Source of the DNA: an uncultured Chloroflexia bacterium
GTDB taxonomy: Bacteria > Chloroflexota > Dehalococcoidia > UBA2979
DNA length: 64,000 nt
Assembly: GCA_963728205.1 (NCBI GenBank)
Contig: CAVSIV010000002.1
Coordinates: forward strand, 608,001-672,000
Direction of reading: 5' to 3'
The position numbers were made by a program, and so were the translations under genes. Of the stretch, positions 63,257-64,000 are shown in pieces. Under the pieces are notes generated by a model, which saw only the letters and a list, made by a program, of their open reading frames with translations, made no database searches and was not told where the DNA came from. The first letter of the stretch is position 1. Every line of letters starts with the position of its first letter.

Positions 63257-63791
63257 CGTTGTCACGGCGTTCCAGGTTCGCGATCGCCGCTGCGCGACCG
63301 GGAGCAGGCGGGCCGCCGCTATGACTCGGCCGTGCTCGGGCGGACGACAGCCGGAGTGGCGGCCGCCGGCGTAGCCACGGCGCTGCTCGCCGCCGCAACC
63401 CTCATCGATCTGCGGGTGCGGCGCGTGCCGAACGCGCTCGACCTACGGGGGGACGGTTGCGGCCGTCCTCGCAGCGGCGATCGAGGGACCGTCGTCTGCC
63501 GCGCTCGCTCTAGCCGGGTGCGCATTTGCTGGTGGAGTGATGGGCAGCGTCTACATCGCCTCGCGTGGCCGGCTTGGACTCGGGGACGTGAAGCTCGCGG
63601 CCGCCGTCGGCGCTCTGCTGGGTCCCGCGGGGGTCGTTCCGTTCCTCCTGGCGTCCGGGGTTGCCGGCGGCCTCGGCGGCACCTGGCTGCTGCTCCGGGG
63701 CGCGCGGCGCGGCGACACGATGGCCTACGCTCCCGCGCTCGCGGCGGGCGCGGTAATCACGCTCCTGTCGTCCGGCGGGGTCATCCGCTGA
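63253..63791 (+). CDS. cpaA: A24 prepilin peptidase CpaA/TadV (frameshifted)
   Basis: IDLRVRRVPN (Asp1), GLGLGDVKL (Asp2), MAYAPAL; start approximate. Confidence 0.8.
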
Positions 63792-64000
63792 GTGCTCCGC
63801 CGCACACACCCGGCCTGCGACGAGCGTTCAGGAACGGACGGTTGGCTTCCAGCGGGCCAATTCGATCAACACGCGCAACGTCCGCGCCGTCGCGGCCGGC
63901 TCAAGTCTCACGCCGTCAATCGTGAGCCCCGGAAGCATGGTTCATCTTACGAACGGACTTCGCAGCATGTTCGCGAGCCCGCGCGTCGAGAGCCAAGCGA

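Overview
High-GC bacterial chromosomal window; the gene set suggests Chloroflexota, probably Dehalococcoidia-like (inference from DUF2298/TIGR03663, large Alu-type SRP RNA and a secretin-less Tad locus). 1-47 kb is mostly housekeeping: three tRNAs, oppD/oppF, lepA, fabV, SRP RNA, rsmA-ispE, a DnaQ-DinG fusion, a CCA-type nucleotidyltransferase, rnc-smc-ftsY, an archaeal-type membrane glycosylation module, an orphan NuoE/NuoF(HydB)-like pair with degenerate Fe-S motifs, a probable 6S RNA, and mutS/mutL split by a subtilase. 47-64 kb holds a regulatory and surface-appendage block. It has two kinase-less OmpR/KdpE-type regulators (one atypical, Asp->Glu), a small Zn-ribbon protein, a secreted SH3/repeat/3D protein and MarR, then VWA-FHA and degenerate J-domain-FHA membrane proteins directly upstream of a monoderm Tad/Flp pilus operon. 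That FHA/VWA/J-domain-Tad block, with shared promoter motifs, is the best candidate for an undescribed system. A bacterial PHD-finger-like (C4HC3) protein is a second candidate. Many single-base frameshifts, densest after 52 kb, most likely reflect sequencing or assembly error, so coordinates of the affected genes are approximate.
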